From: Octopus vulgaris
Lineage: Eukaryota
Reading direction: 5' to 3'
Assembly (NCBI GenBank): GCA_951406725.2
Contig: OX597823.1
Location: 91,884,001 to 91,948,000 of the forward strand
DNA: 64,000 nt
The notes below the pieces were generated by a model. The model was not told the DNA's origin. It worked only from the letters and a program-made list of their open reading frames with translations, and did not search any database. Positions 30,804-44,899 of the stretch are shown piece by piece (positions within the stretch are counted from its first letter, which is position 1; the number at the start of each line of letters is the position of its first letter). The position numbers were made by a program, and so were the translations under genes.

Positions 30804-31224
30804 CTAAGATCAATGAAGATTTAACACGTGAGAAGATTTCAGTGGATTATTTTTATTCACAGTTAAAGAAACCAGGGGAAAAAGTCTAAAATTATAGATT
30901 TAAAATAACGAATTTTGATTCATTTTGTTTTCTGTATGATCAAATAAACGTACATATATATTCCATAGTCTGTATGTTTAAACATTTTATTTTAAATGGA
31001 AATGTTATGCAAAATAAAACTTGACTTCAATTTATTAATTTATCGTCTTACATTTATAGTTTTACGTTAGTTAGAAAGAATTTTAAAATCATATTCGAAA
31101 AAGATATTTTAACTTATTACTCATTGAAAAAAAAATCTCCGACGGAACACGGAGTCCATTAAGAATTTAAATTTCACTAAAATAAAAAGTATACATAATA
31201 CATACATACATATAGTTTACTAGA

Positions 31225-31310
<86 letters not shown>

Positions 31311-31344
31311 TGTTTAAAGTGGTGTATAGATATTGTATATTAAA

Positions 31345-31880
31345 AAAAAAGAAACAGAATTTTGGATAATCATTTTTTAGCGCTTTCGTTCGTTTTCGAA
31401 CTTGTCAAGGCAAAATCAACATCAAAATGGTAAAAACAATGTTTCGTTCTCCCTTTTTATGAATCGGGTGTTTTTTTAAAAATTTTGTTTAGAAGAGGAG
31501 AATATTGTTTTTGTTTCTTGGGGAAAAGGAAGGGAGAGAGAGAGCTGTTTCAGGACAATCAAGAGAGAGGAGAAAAAGTGATAATAATAAAGGATGGGGA
31601 AATGATAGATAGACAGAGAGAGGGGGTTTCTTTTCAATTTGGTGTGGTCAGTTCATTTAAACTTCATTTCAAATTGAAAAGAAACCCCCCTCTCTCTCTA
31701 TCTCTATATCTCTTTTCCTCAGCCTTTATTATTATTATTATTATTATTATTATTTTATCCTCTCTCTTGATTGTCAATAGTTCTGTTTTTACCATTTTGA
31801 ATTTGATTTTGTTTTGACAAGTTCGCAAAGCGAACGAAAGCGCTAAAAAACGATTATTCAAAATTCTGACTCCTTTTTCT
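31345..31880. mobile_element. Large imperfect fold-back element carrying a minimal variant-HHR-like motif in each arm
   Basis: Arms at ~31345-31640 and ~31671-31880. Motif ttgacaa-gttcg..cgaac-GAAA-gcgc-TA. Flanked by (TA)n. Confidence 0.7.
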
Positions 31881-32437
31881 AAGTACTTATATATGTGTAT
31901 GTATATATATATATCACCTTGATCACATTGACTGACTAGTGCGTCGGGCGTCCATTTGACACCGCTGCTCACAGCACGCTGTCCACTCCTCTCTGGATCG
32001 CATACAGGGTTCAGGTTAGGTTTGACGAATCTTGTAGCACTTTTTCACGAACAGCTGGATATATTGATGAGCGGTCAACGGTGTTGAAGAGCATCAAAAT
32101 TAAAGTTTTAGATCAGTTAGCTAACATGGAGGTCTAGAAAACATCTGAATAGTGGAAAAGAGTTACCTGTGCCATAATGGTTCGCGCCGGGGATCAAAAT
32201 GCCGACGTCATAACTATTGCTAAATATTCTGTAAACAGTGTAAAAGCTGCAAGACAGCTGCAACTAAAGTTACAAAGCCGTGGCCAGCAGGAGGAGACAT
32301 AACTGACGTTCAGGCTGCCTCCACCCGTCCCAGACATTTGGACAGGATTAGAATTCGGGTTAGGCTTAGATGTCAGGATTAGGGTTAGGGCTAGTTAGAA
32401 TTCAGACAGCTATATGAAATTATTTATTTTTTTATTG

Positions 32438-32632
32438 CCTACAAGGAGCTAAACATAGAGGGGACAATCAAGGACAGATAAAAGGATTAAGACGATTACA
32501 TCGACTCCATTGCATAACTGGTACTTAATTTATCGACCCCGAAAGGATGAAAGGCAAAGTCGACCTCGGTGGAATTTGAACTCAGAACGTAACGGCAGAC
32601 GAAATACCGCTAAGTATTTCGCCCGGCGCGCA
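32438..32632 (-). mobile_element. SINE family A
   Basis: Reverse complement of 9040-9232, including the tail. Confidence 0.88.
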
Positions 32633-32693
<61 letters not shown>

Positions 32694-32719
32694 TGCAAAT
32701 CTAAATTTTGCATGTGTAT

Positions 32720-32915
32720 ACAAGATCATCATAGATCCTCCTCCATGTTTAAGAGTTGGAAGAAGGCACTTTGGGCCAGATGGTTCTTGTGGCTGTCTCC
32801 ACACGTATACTTGGCCGGTGGTCGGCAATAAGGTAAAGGATGACTCGTCCAAGAGAATAACATTCTTCCACTGCTCTAGGGACCAATTCTGTAGGTTTTG
32901 ACTCCACTCTAAATG
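32720..32915 (-). mobile_element. Tc1 transposase fragment (same family as 33952-35215)
   Basis: WSLEQWKNVILLDESSFTL...VYVWRQ...PTLKHGGGSMM. Confidence 0.85.
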
Positions 32916-32919
32916 TATG

Positions 32920-32951
<32 letters not shown>

Positions 32952-33915
32952 CACATATATATGTTAATATTTGTCTTAATGTTCAGTAATAAAAAAAAAC
33001 AATTTTAGATCAATCTGATTGGTTATTCTATACATTTGTAAAGTACACATTTATTATTCTTAAACAAGAACCTTTCTCTAGTTACATTGGATTTTTCTCT
33101 GAACTATTTCTAGTTCTAGGTTATTTAATAACCTAGAAGTAGAAATAATTGAGAGAAAATACAATGTATTTCCCTTCATAGCAGAATTAATAGTCAAGAC
33201 TATTTAAGCATTTTATCTTATCAAATTCATCTTATGTTTGTGAAACTGTATATATAAAATATAAAATCAATATAAAATCATACAATATCTGCATGATTTT
33301 CCCCTCTGTATCATTTTATATTTAATCTCCTCTTGAACCACAGCAATTCACTGTTTAGTTTTTCTTTATATCTTGCTAAATCTCCCAACTTCCTCCCATC
33401 GTAAACCGTTTTATCAAGTTTATTTGTTATTGCCTTCCATATATCAACATTTTTGAAAGTTGACTCGGTATTCTGCTGAATGGGAGTAACTGAGATACTT
33501 TGACATCATGAGCAAGAAATTTGCTGCCTGTGAGAATTTATAAATTATTCAACTATATTATATAATTTATATTTTATACATTAATATAGGCATATAAAAT
33601 ATAGTATTTATTATACACTAAAATGAATTATTTTTATCTGATAAAGGCTACGAAGTGATCGTTCTTATATGGAATGTCAACTGTGAAATAAATATATTCA
33701 TCTTATATCTCCTCTCTTTCTTTATATTTTATACAGTCCGAATGAAATAAACATTACCAGCTGGATTTATTACGTTTCAACTGCATCGGACGCTACATTA
33801 CCTCGCTTTGTGTTCTTTTGGCTTACAATGCGGTTTGTTGCCTGATCCATTAAAAAGCCTTTTTTATGAGTACCATTGGATTGGTTAAATCCATATATTG
33901 TGCATTAAATTTGCA

Positions 33916-33951
<36 letters not shown>

Positions 33952-33953
<2 letters not shown>

Positions 33954-35215
33954 AGGGTTGGACAAAATAATGGAAACACCTTAAGATTTCAAACAAATAT
34001 ACTTTAATATGGGGTAGTACCGCCTTTATCAGAAATTATGGCTCGAAATCTACGAGGTATGGACTCGTACAAAGTTTGAATTGTTTTCAAAGGAATTTTA
34101 GTCCATTTTTCAGCTAAAACAGTCTCCAGTTAATGTAGTGATGATGGTGGGGGATATCGACTTCTTACTTTTTTTTCTAAAATGCACCATATATGTTCAA
34201 TAATATTGAGATATGGGGATTGTGGTGGCCAGATAAGATGTTCAACTTCACTAGAGTGTTCCTCGTGTCATTCAGTAACATCTTTAGCTGTGTGGATTGG
34301 TGCATTATCATCCTGAAAGATTGCGCTTCTCTGCGGAAACAGTTCCACAAACATAGGATAAATTCGATCAGATAAAATGCTTAAATAGCCTTGACTATCA
34401 ATTCTGCCATGAAGGGAAACCATTGGGCCGGCGGATTTCCAAGATATAGCCCCCACCCCGATCATCACAGATCCTCCTCCATGTTTCAATTGGAAGAAGG
34501 CTGTCCGGGTCAAATGCTTCTTTTAGCTCTCTCCACACGTATACTTGGCCGGTGGTCGGAAATAAGGTAAAGGATGACTCGTCCGAGAAAATAACCTTCC
34601 ACTACTCTAGGGATCAATTCGGTAGGTTTTTACTCCACTCTAAACGCTTTGTAACGTTTGCTTTTGAAAGTAGTGGTTCTCTGATTACAGCCCTCCTGTG
34701 AAATCCAGCTTTGTGCAGCTCCCATCGAACAGTTTTTGTGGAAACTGGGTTCTCGAGGTGGTCATTAAGCTCTGCAGCAGTTTTGGGAGCTGTACTTTTG
34801 TGATCCTTTCTAACAATTCGCGTACGAATCTGACGATCCTTATCTGAAAGTTTTGGTTTTCTTCCGAGGTTTTGTTTCGACGAGGAGGTTTTTCCCTCTT
34901 TCTCAAAGGCTGTCTTTACATTAGAGACAGTACACCAAACATTTCAGCTGTTATCGTTACGCTAGTGCCTGCCATATGAGAACCAACAATTTGACCTCTT
35001 TGAAAGTCCGATAGATCTATCATTTTAATGAATTTTAATTACCTTTCTCTGATATTATCTAAAAAAAGAAACAACAATTTTAGCAAATCATATTAAGCAA
35101 CACTAATAATAAATCAAAAAACCTAAAAATAAAAAAAGCTTTCGTCGGTTTTATAGATATTTAAAAATTATGATAGTATGATGCTAGGTGTTTCCATTAT
35201 TTTATCCAACCCCTG
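33952..35215 (-). mobile_element. Complete but degenerate Tc1 element with 30-bp TIRs
   Basis: TIRs caagggttggacaaaataatggaaacacct and aggtgtttccattattttatccaacccctg with TA flanks. Motifs IFSDES, KHGGGSVM, FQDDNAPIH and WPPQSPYLNIIEHIW. Confidence 0.93.
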
Positions 35216-35319
<104 letters not shown>

Positions 35320-35378
35320 TATACATACATATATATACATATATACATATATATACATATATGCATATATATACACAC

Positions 35379-35464
<86 letters not shown>

Positions 35465-35652
35465 ACGAGTGAGTAGACAAACGAAAGAAGGGCACTTGCC
35501 ACATTTATTGGAAGTTACGTGTATAGATCAAAACAGTTTGATTCACATTCCTTGGTACTCTGAGTTTCAAGCACGTGGCTAGGCTTCGGCCATTGGGGCC
35601 TCTCTCTGTCTTGCTGCCCGTGTCTCTCTATCTGTTTCTCTCTCTCACTATA

Positions 35653-35715
<63 letters not shown>

Positions 35716-35749
35716 ATATCTATCTATCTATCTATATGCATACATACAA

Positions 35750-35793
<44 letters not shown>

Positions 35794-36063
35794 TTTTTGT
35801 GAAGAATTCTTTATTTTAAATGTTGAGCCAAACCCAGCTACAATGTTACACAAGTATAAAGGGGGAAACAAGAACAAAAATTCAGTGGCTTACAGAAGCC
35901 TTATTAGAAATTAGAGCCATGATCTAAAGGTTTAGCTATCAAAGTACAATTAGAAGGCCAATTAACAGGAGAACGAAACGAAGGTATGTATATATATATA
36001 TTTATATATTTCGTTTTCGGATTTGGTTTGCAATATTCTTTATATGAGTTCGTGTGTTGAAGC

Positions 36064-36333
36064 ATATTCTGTTGTGTCTGGGGAGAGTCATTCACTTTTA
36101 GTGCCTTATTATTTAACACACTCACCGGTAAAATTTCCACTTATTTCTTATTTTATTTTTCCTAAAATTTTCGTTGCGTCTCGCAACCTTTTCAATAGTC
36201 TTGATCCAAGAGTCAGGTTGCAAGACGCAACGAAAATTTTAGAAAATAAAAATAAGAAATAAGTGGAAATTTTACCGGTGAGTGTGTTAAATAATACGGC
36301 ACTAAAAGAGAATGACTCTCCCCAGACACAACA

Positions 36334-36339
<6 letters not shown>
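36064..36339. repeat. Near-perfect fold-back element (~125-bp arms, 25-nt loop) with a variant HHR-like motif at the apex
   Basis: Arms at 36064-36189 and 36215-36339. Minus strand reads ctattgaaaag-gttgc-gagac-gcaac-GAAA-att-TTA. Confidence 0.9.
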
Positions 36340-36395
<56 letters not shown>

Positions 36396-36790
36396 TTAAA
36401 GTGATATGTCCCAAAATGGTTTCACGGGATATATAACCATGGCGGTTACCGTGTTAACTCTTAAATCGGTTGTCAATGCTGGCTAGCCACAGTGAATGTT
36501 GGTGATATTCAAGTTCGTGAAACTTTACTAGACTCGGCAATTATCCTCGCTTAGTAAATCCGACTGTCCTTCTATTGACTGCATAATATCTGTAGAAGAA
36601 ATGATGAAATTAATGTAGATCAGGAGAATGGAGATTTGCACATCTTTGCATGGACCAAGCGAAGAACGATGTACATAACTCTATGATAAAATATGGATGT
36701 GCAAATCTCCATCTTCCTGTAGCTCCAGCATGGCTGCAGCCGCATCGCTGGATCGACTAAATGAATACTAAAAGGGTAAAAGAATACATG

Positions 36791-36867
<77 letters not shown>

Positions 36868-36869
36868 TT

Positions 36870-36903
<34 letters not shown>

Positions 36904-37910
36904 CTATCTATTTATCTGTCTCGCTCCCTCTCTCTCTTTCTCTCTCTCTCTCTATCTCTCTATCTATCTATCTGTCTGTCTATCTATCTATAGTTATATA
37001 TGTATCTATATCATACAATTCAAAAGTGTATACATTACTTACATAATAGCTATATAACCAAACACGCAAACCGACACCCTCTCTCTCTCTCTTTCTCTGT
37101 ATGTATATATAAATATGTATACATAAATACATACATACATTCATACCACACACATATACATACATACGTGCTTGTGTGTGCATATATGCATGCATACATA
37201 GAAATTCCTCGGATCACATAAACAAACAAAACCTCACAATCACATCGAATGAAATAAACAAGCCACAGAAATATGCATATTTACAAGAAAGTTTTTATAT
37301 AATCAAATACTTCCACTCATATTTAATATGGCATTATATTAGCTCCAAAAAGTAGAAAACACATAAAAAAGATACAAAGAATCTAATCTCCCAGAATGCC
37401 TTGGACCATAATTCACAGTGACGTTTCATGTTATCTTTAGACGGAAATTGTTATTGGAAGCGATTTCAGGAAATGTTTGAAGGAAATTGATATCGTATCC
37501 AACACCAAGAATATTCATTGCACTTTTTATTGGCAACACGTCTTAACATTCTCGATCACGGCATTCGTTGCCACATATCTAGCTATTGTCACGCGGTTCC
37601 TGTTGTCGGTATTCTCACCGTCATGTGGGTTATGCTTGCGATGAAAGACACGCATATAGATGACATCGTAACATTGTTAACGTGTCAGATAGACGTGCTT
37701 CTTATCGAAAAATCTCTCACGGGTTTTGCGGTGATTTGCTGAGCGCACAGAAACGCAGCAATGGCTGACTAGCAAATAAGTTTTACGTTGCAAGGACGAA
37801 ATTCCACATTAGGTCTCACTGCGCGTTACCTTCGTTATATGTCTTGTACGATAGACTCATTACGTAGTTACATCCACACGCACACCCAGGCGCACGTACA
37901 CACGCACACA

Positions 37911-37969
<59 letters not shown>

Positions 37970-38036
37970 GTATGTATGTATGCATGTATCTCTCTCTATG
38001 TATATTTATCTATCTCTTTATCTGTCTGTCAGTATG

Positions 38037-38083
<47 letters not shown>

Positions 38084-38085
<2 letters not shown>

Positions 38086-38416
38086 TATGACCGTTTTAAT
38101 GATATTCTGGTGATCTTATTAGCTAACTTGTTGTGATTATATAATTGCATCGTGTACTTCATCGCATGCATATTAATGCAGACATGAAAAAGGTTTATTC
38201 TACAATGAATGTTAGTACAACATGAAGATGGCTACGAAATACTAGAAATACTAGAAGTGAGGAAATCTACCATACCAGATATAAAATTGTTGACCAATTT
38301 ACTCATGGTAGATTTTGCGAGGTATTTTTATCTTCTGTAGTTACGAATCGAGTCTTGTATTGTATTTCCATATTAATATAGCATTCTTAGATAATATTTT
38401 TGTATTCTTTCTAAAA

Positions 38417-38498
<82 letters not shown>

Positions 38499-38511
38499 GT
38501 CTACCTACCTT

Positions 38512-38543
<32 letters not shown>

Positions 38544-38547
38544 TCTA

Positions 38548-38613
<66 letters not shown>

Positions 38614-38634
38614 TTATCTCTGAATGTCTGTCTG

Positions 38635-38667
<33 letters not shown>

Positions 38668-39979
38668 CTATCTACCTATCTGTCTGTCTGTCTATCTATC
38701 TCTTTATGGATCAGGCTGTCATTTCATCATTTCAACTTATATATATATATGCCCACACCCGCGCACGCACGCATACCCCACCCTGCACACACGCACACAC
38801 ACACAAACACAAAAACACACAAATGGAGTACCGACAATTCAGAGCATGCTGTCTATGTAATTTATTGTTCCATTATATCAATGTTGGTTGTATATCTAAA
38901 ACACATGCACATTCAACATAAAAAACACAGCAGCTATAAAACAGATTAATTAGACGTAAACACAAAGCAAACACACACATTAAACAAATACCAACAAAAA
39001 ATACGTAAGTATACATACACACACGTCCATACGAAGCGATAACTACATCTTTTGAAATCGCTATGAAAATTTAACTAGCTAACTACTGGTTCAAAGAATA
39101 TAATTTAGCATTTTAAATTCTTTTTGTGTGTTTTGTATCTTTACATGTTTTTCAATAAATAATTGAAAATTTTCCTCCTTTTTTTTTCTTCCCCAAAATA
39201 ACCTTTACTAAGTTCACTAAGATGCCCTGCGCTGAATTGTCTATGCACTCAATTGTCGGCGCTGAATTTTCAGGTACTGAAATGTCGCGTCACCCCATCA
39301 ACACACACACACACACACTCACACACACGGACGCACACGCACACACGCACACACACGCACACTCACACAAACACACACACACTCACACACATACACACAT
39401 ATATTCATACATCTATCAATTAGTTGTGTAAGATATGAATTCAGAGAAATATGTGGCTATCACAGAAAGGTCCTCTTACGGACTCGGCTATCTGACCACA
39501 TATTAATCCAGTACAGAGAAGTGTAATGCAGAGTATCTATGTAGCTGAAATCCAGAAGATTAGATCATGACATTACTTGAGTACATAAACCTGAAAAGTT
39601 AAAGATATATTAAACATAAATATATTTAGCTATTTGACGTCCTTAGGATTATGACCGTTTTAATGATGTCCTGGTGATCTTATTAGCTAACTTGTTGTGA
39701 TTATATAATTGCATCGTGTACTTCATCGCATGCATATTAATGCAGACATGAAAAAGGTTTATTCTACAATGAATGTTAGTACAACATGAAGATGGCTACG
39801 AAATACTAGAAATACTAGAAGTGAGGAAATCTACCATACCAGATATAAAATTGTTGACCAATTTACTCATGGTAGATTTTGCGAGGTATTTTTATCTTCT
39901 GTAGTTACGAATCGAGTCTTGTATTGTATTTCCATATCAATATAGCATTCTTAGATAATATTTTTGTATTCTTTCTAAA
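38084..39979. repeat. Direct duplication of ~330 bp (38084-38415 and 39648-39979)
   Basis: Near-identical copies with a 1564-bp period. Confidence 0.95.
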
Positions 39980-40599
39980 GTTTATTATGTAGAATACATG
40001 GAATGGTAGTGGTGCCAACAATTATTCTTAATATCTGATTTTATTTCCAGTTCTGAATTATAATGCGTAGCATTGTTTTCTTATAGTGACTTCATTGTCA
40101 ATCGACGAGACAGTGCAGTAATTGTCTGCCCAATATCAGATCTAATTGTTTACATATTTCATGCTGACATTGAATATTTTGTATTACCTCTTTTGTCAGA
40201 CTCACATTCTTTCACTTGGAAATTCGTGGCTTCACGTGGATGAGAAAGTTCTGTTATTTAAAAAAAATATATAACTACGGGTCATTGTAATAACTGGCTT
40301 CGAGTATTGTGAATATTTAATGGCGTACTTCTCGCTGTCGTTACTAGAACGCATTCGATTAATATAATATGCAAAATTGTTGGCTTATTTTACTGGTATA
40401 GCAAATATTGTGTCATGTTCAGTGAATTTACTCTTCCATTATTGTATACAAGAGAATATTCTTGGTTAATGTGGCGAACTCGCAGAACTGTCAAAGTGTC
40501 AGACGAATTGCATAACGTTGCTTCTGGCACTTTATGTTCTGAGTTCAAATGCTGGAGACGTCACCTCTGCCGTTCGTCCTCAGACATTGCAGACCTAAC

Positions 40600-41240
40600 G
40601 CGAAATTTAGAAGGAAATATCGTATATCCTGGTTTGCAAAGAAACCGTGCTATAGAACTGTGCATTACATGTTGCTCTAAATCTTTATCATTGTTGTCAA
40701 AGTTGGTCAAATACTGATCCAGCAAATCGAATGTCAATTATCAAATGCATTCAAGTTGCGATCAGTCCGTGCTTAATTATTCAGATATCCCAAGTACTAG
40801 ACTATGCGATGCGTGTTTCCTTCTGTAGTGTCACCAGAGTTCTGATTTGTGTGAGATTTAGATGCCAATTGTAGCAGAACGATCAGGTACAGCCACTCGT
40901 TGACGCTAGTAAATGTGTACAATTTATTACAGCCATAGAAGGACATATTGTTTATAGAGAGGGTAGTTGGAGAAAATTATGAAAATAACAAAGACATACT
41001 TATTGGCACAGTAATTAGTAAACAAGGAATTAACGATTATGCTAAACCGAGCAAAAAATTAAATCTGGTGGAAAGAACAATCAGGTGTCGAATTTGGAGA
41101 GGTGCGACAGCGTTGGTTAAGAAGCTTTGCACTAGACATTCCCAATGCACCTGTTCGAACTCTATCGAGATCAGATTTGTCTGACATCACTTCGGTATCG
41201 ATATCTAAAATATCGGTGCAGTAATAAGACCAGTTCCCCA
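40600..41240 (-). pseudogene. Possible highly degenerate LINE RT remnant
   Basis: Weak motif echoes DLDRVRTGAL (AFDRV-like) and IDIRFAG (NLRFADD-like) in the expected order. Confidence 0.25.
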
Positions 41241-42903
41241 CTCCGTCCTCTCCCTTTCACACTTTTTGTCTTTCATGAAGAAATCGGTTTTGAGCAAAAC
41301 TGGAAATAGATTATTTTAGACAGCCAAGATACACATTTCATGCACAAAGCATGACATAACCTAGGAGGGTGCTTCAACGACCGCATAGGGGATTGGTGAC
41401 CGAAGGATAAGGGAAAGGCATGAGTACTGCAAAAGAAAGGGTTCTGCGAAATAACGGGTTCTGCATGTAAAACACACTATTTTTGAATTATATAATTTGT
41501 GTCACCCTGGGTCTGTGGTTGAAGAAAAAATTCTCTAATAACCACATTGGGATTAGAATAATCCCTCCCCCTCCTACCCATCATCATAAACAACACCAAC
41601 ATCCTCTGAACATTACTGTCTAGAATTCATGGACTTCAAGGGCTGATTATTCGGGTTCCATGGTATGTAATGATAGAAAGTTCAGCATTTCTTCTAAACG
41701 GAGTCTCCAGACAGACGCAAGGTTGCCATTTGAAGCTGAGTGGAGTGAAGTAACGACAAATTGATTGTTTTGGTAAAAAGCACAAAGCACTGCATAGGTA
41801 GTGAAATTGAAACCACGATATTGCGATCATGAGAGTAACAACCTCGAAACCAGGTCACGTGTCTTTACTTTGAACTTGGACCCATGGTATTTCAAAGACA
41901 ATATATTATCCTGGGACCGTTTCATCCTTCAATGATAACGAGCTAAAACCTTGTATTATAAAAATAAGCAAATGATTTTTTAAAAAATTGCACCAGGAAC
42001 AGAACACTTAATTCATCGTACTTGATCAACCGAAAAGAAGTGATACAAGAGTTTAAAGAAGCAGAAAGCAGAAGAACTTGTTTTAAGAAATTTTTTTTCA
42101 TTTTTACAAAAAGAAAATAAAAGTAAAAATAAGGAAAGAGATTAGAAAATATTTGAGTAAAAACATAAACAAAAAATCAAATACACTTGAGGAGAAAAAA
42201 GCCTCTTTTATTAATAAATCGCCCACATATGTCCATTCACAAACACAGTATTGTACGAAGGGACATGCAATACATATACGCTCACACACACACATTCACA
42301 CATGCACATATGCACACATTCCGCAACGAATCTTGAATAAAAAAAGTTCAGTAAAATTAAGTAGTTATTTCAAGTGTATTGATCAAACTACTTATTAAGA
42401 ATTTGTTTCGTTCCATTATTAGTCATACGATGTTATAATTATTCTTATTATTCTTCTTAATTCTTAAACATTTAATGGGGTTAGCGTCGACGTTGCTTGT
42501 TGCAGCAACGTTCTTATGTTTAATTGTAAGTCATTTCAATTGGCGCGATTTTATATTTTATTTCACCAAAAATTTCTCTCTCCATGCCGACGCTTTATAA
42601 TATATAATTTTTTTTTTCTTGTTTCAGCTGAGAAATCAATTTAGAAATACGTTCATTTCTTCCTCTTCAGAAAATACGAACCCTTCAATGGATTTTATTT
42701 GGATTTCCCAAACATTTATCGGTAGGAAAATATTACGCTTGCGCGTTTGTACTGAAATGAACACACTCTACAGATATATAAATATATAAGTATATTCATA
42801 TACACATGTTTATGCATATATGCATACAAAAACATGGCACAAAATGTGATTATGTATGAGGGGAATACACACAGACACACACATACATACACATACAAGC
42901 ACA

Positions 42904-43139
<236 letters not shown>

Positions 43140-43485
43140 ATAAACATATGTACAGAAACACACGAATGAGCAACACACAGGTACGTGTACATATATACAT
43201 AGAGCATATATGCGCAAACGCATACCTACATGCACACACGCAGCACATACACACACGTAATTGGTCTCTTGGTTGTAAATTAATTAATAGAAAAAATATT
43301 TAGAGATGAAAAGTGCCATTAATGAATCTTGATTTGTGTTAGAAATTCTTGCAAACAATTAGTTTCAAGATTCTCAGGTTTTCTTGAAACAACTTACTCT
43401 TGAGAGGAGTATAGTATACATAAATACATACATACATACATAAATAAAATATATATGCATACATACATGCATAATACATACATGC

Positions 43486-43524
<39 letters not shown>

Positions 43525-43687
43525 AGTGTGTATAAATATATATATACACTCATATATATATACACACATACATATACGTACACACACACACACATATATA
43601 TATACATTATATATATATATATATATATTACATTATATATATATATATATATATACGCACACACATTCTTTCATTCTTTTATTCTTT

Positions 43688-44074
43688 TACTTGTTTCAGT
43701 CATTTGACTGCGCCCATACTAGGGCATTGCCTTTAGTCGAACAAATAGACCCCAGGGCTTATTCTTTGTAAGCCTAGTACTTATTCTATCAGTTCTTTTG
43801 CCGAACCGCTAATTACAGTGACGTAAACACATAAACATCGGTTGTCAAGCGATGGTGGAGGGACACACAAACTGATTCGTTAGTTACTGCACGCATTTTT
43901 TTTCTCCCCTTCTTTCTGTGTTTTTTTTTTCTCTCTGTGTATCTTTCTGTTGAAGAGCGTAGGCTCGAAACGTTAGACTTGTTTTATTTATATTTCCTGA
44001 GCGCCATACTAATACAATTGTTTGTTTGTTTTCCACCTGCCTTCGTCTTTTGTCTATTTTCATAAAGCTTCCCG

Positions 44075-44116
<42 letters not shown>

Positions 44117-44272
44117 GACGTGCTTCTTTCATTTCCGTCTACTAAATCCACTCACAAGACTTTGGTCGACTCGAGGCTATAGTAAAAGAGACTAGCACAA
44201 GGTTCCACGCAGTCGGACTGAACCTGGAACCATGTTGTTGGTAAGCAAGTTACCACGAAGTTACTCTTGCGC
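43688..44272 (-). mobile_element. SINE family C with a Penelope-tail element nested at 43885-44076
   Basis: SINE body at 43688-43865 and head at 44116-44272. The nested tail carries CTGTTGAagagcgtaggctcGAAACGTTA and matches 52780-52930. Confidence 0.75.
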
Positions 44273-44899
44273 CTATATAAACACACACACACACACATAT
44301 ATACATGCTTGTATATACAAACATACTCACATGCAGACACACAGACGTGTTCGCGAGCGCGCGTGTATGCGTGTGTAAAATACTTGACATGAAGTGAAGA
44401 AATATGTCTTGTGATGATGCAACTGAATAATAAAGAAAAAAACTCGATAATCAGTTTCCTTGGTGTCTATGTGACCAAAAATACAACGTTCCTTGTGTAC
44501 GGGTTGGTGAATCTGGGGGTTATTCACTTTGAGCGGAGTGGGTTCAAGCAACGCGGAAGTGTTTTGCTGGAGAAAACGATGCAACGCACGGTCCGGGAAT
44601 CGCGACAATGATTTTGTGATTGTAACTGCAACAGCCCCGAATCACAAAGCGAAGAGCTTTCATCAACTGATTGTAAGAAGAGGGGAAAACCTTATGAAAG
44701 CGTGGAACTTGGAGATCAATAAATGCGGCAACTTGGAGATCAATAACTGCGATCAATAATTGAAATGTAGAAATCAATTATCATTTAGTACTATATGCCT
44801 CCCGTTCATTAGTTTAATAAGGAAGATAAAGCATGAAAAATGAGGCATAAATCTGAGGCATAAAACACTGGCTATTACAGAATTTCAAACTCAACTGAG

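Noticed and set aside
32365-32400. Telomere-like ttagggttaggg
   Set aside because: Only about two perfect units within degenerate repeat sequence, so not a telomere or fusion site.
33436-33527. Possible minus-strand exon after aattctcacag
   Set aside because: No good GT donor, and no paralog upstream of the first putative terminal exon.
44411-44500. ORF with EKNSIISFLGVYV
   Set aside because: At most a tiny Penelope RT scrap (E..N.LPFLDV-like), too short to call confidently.
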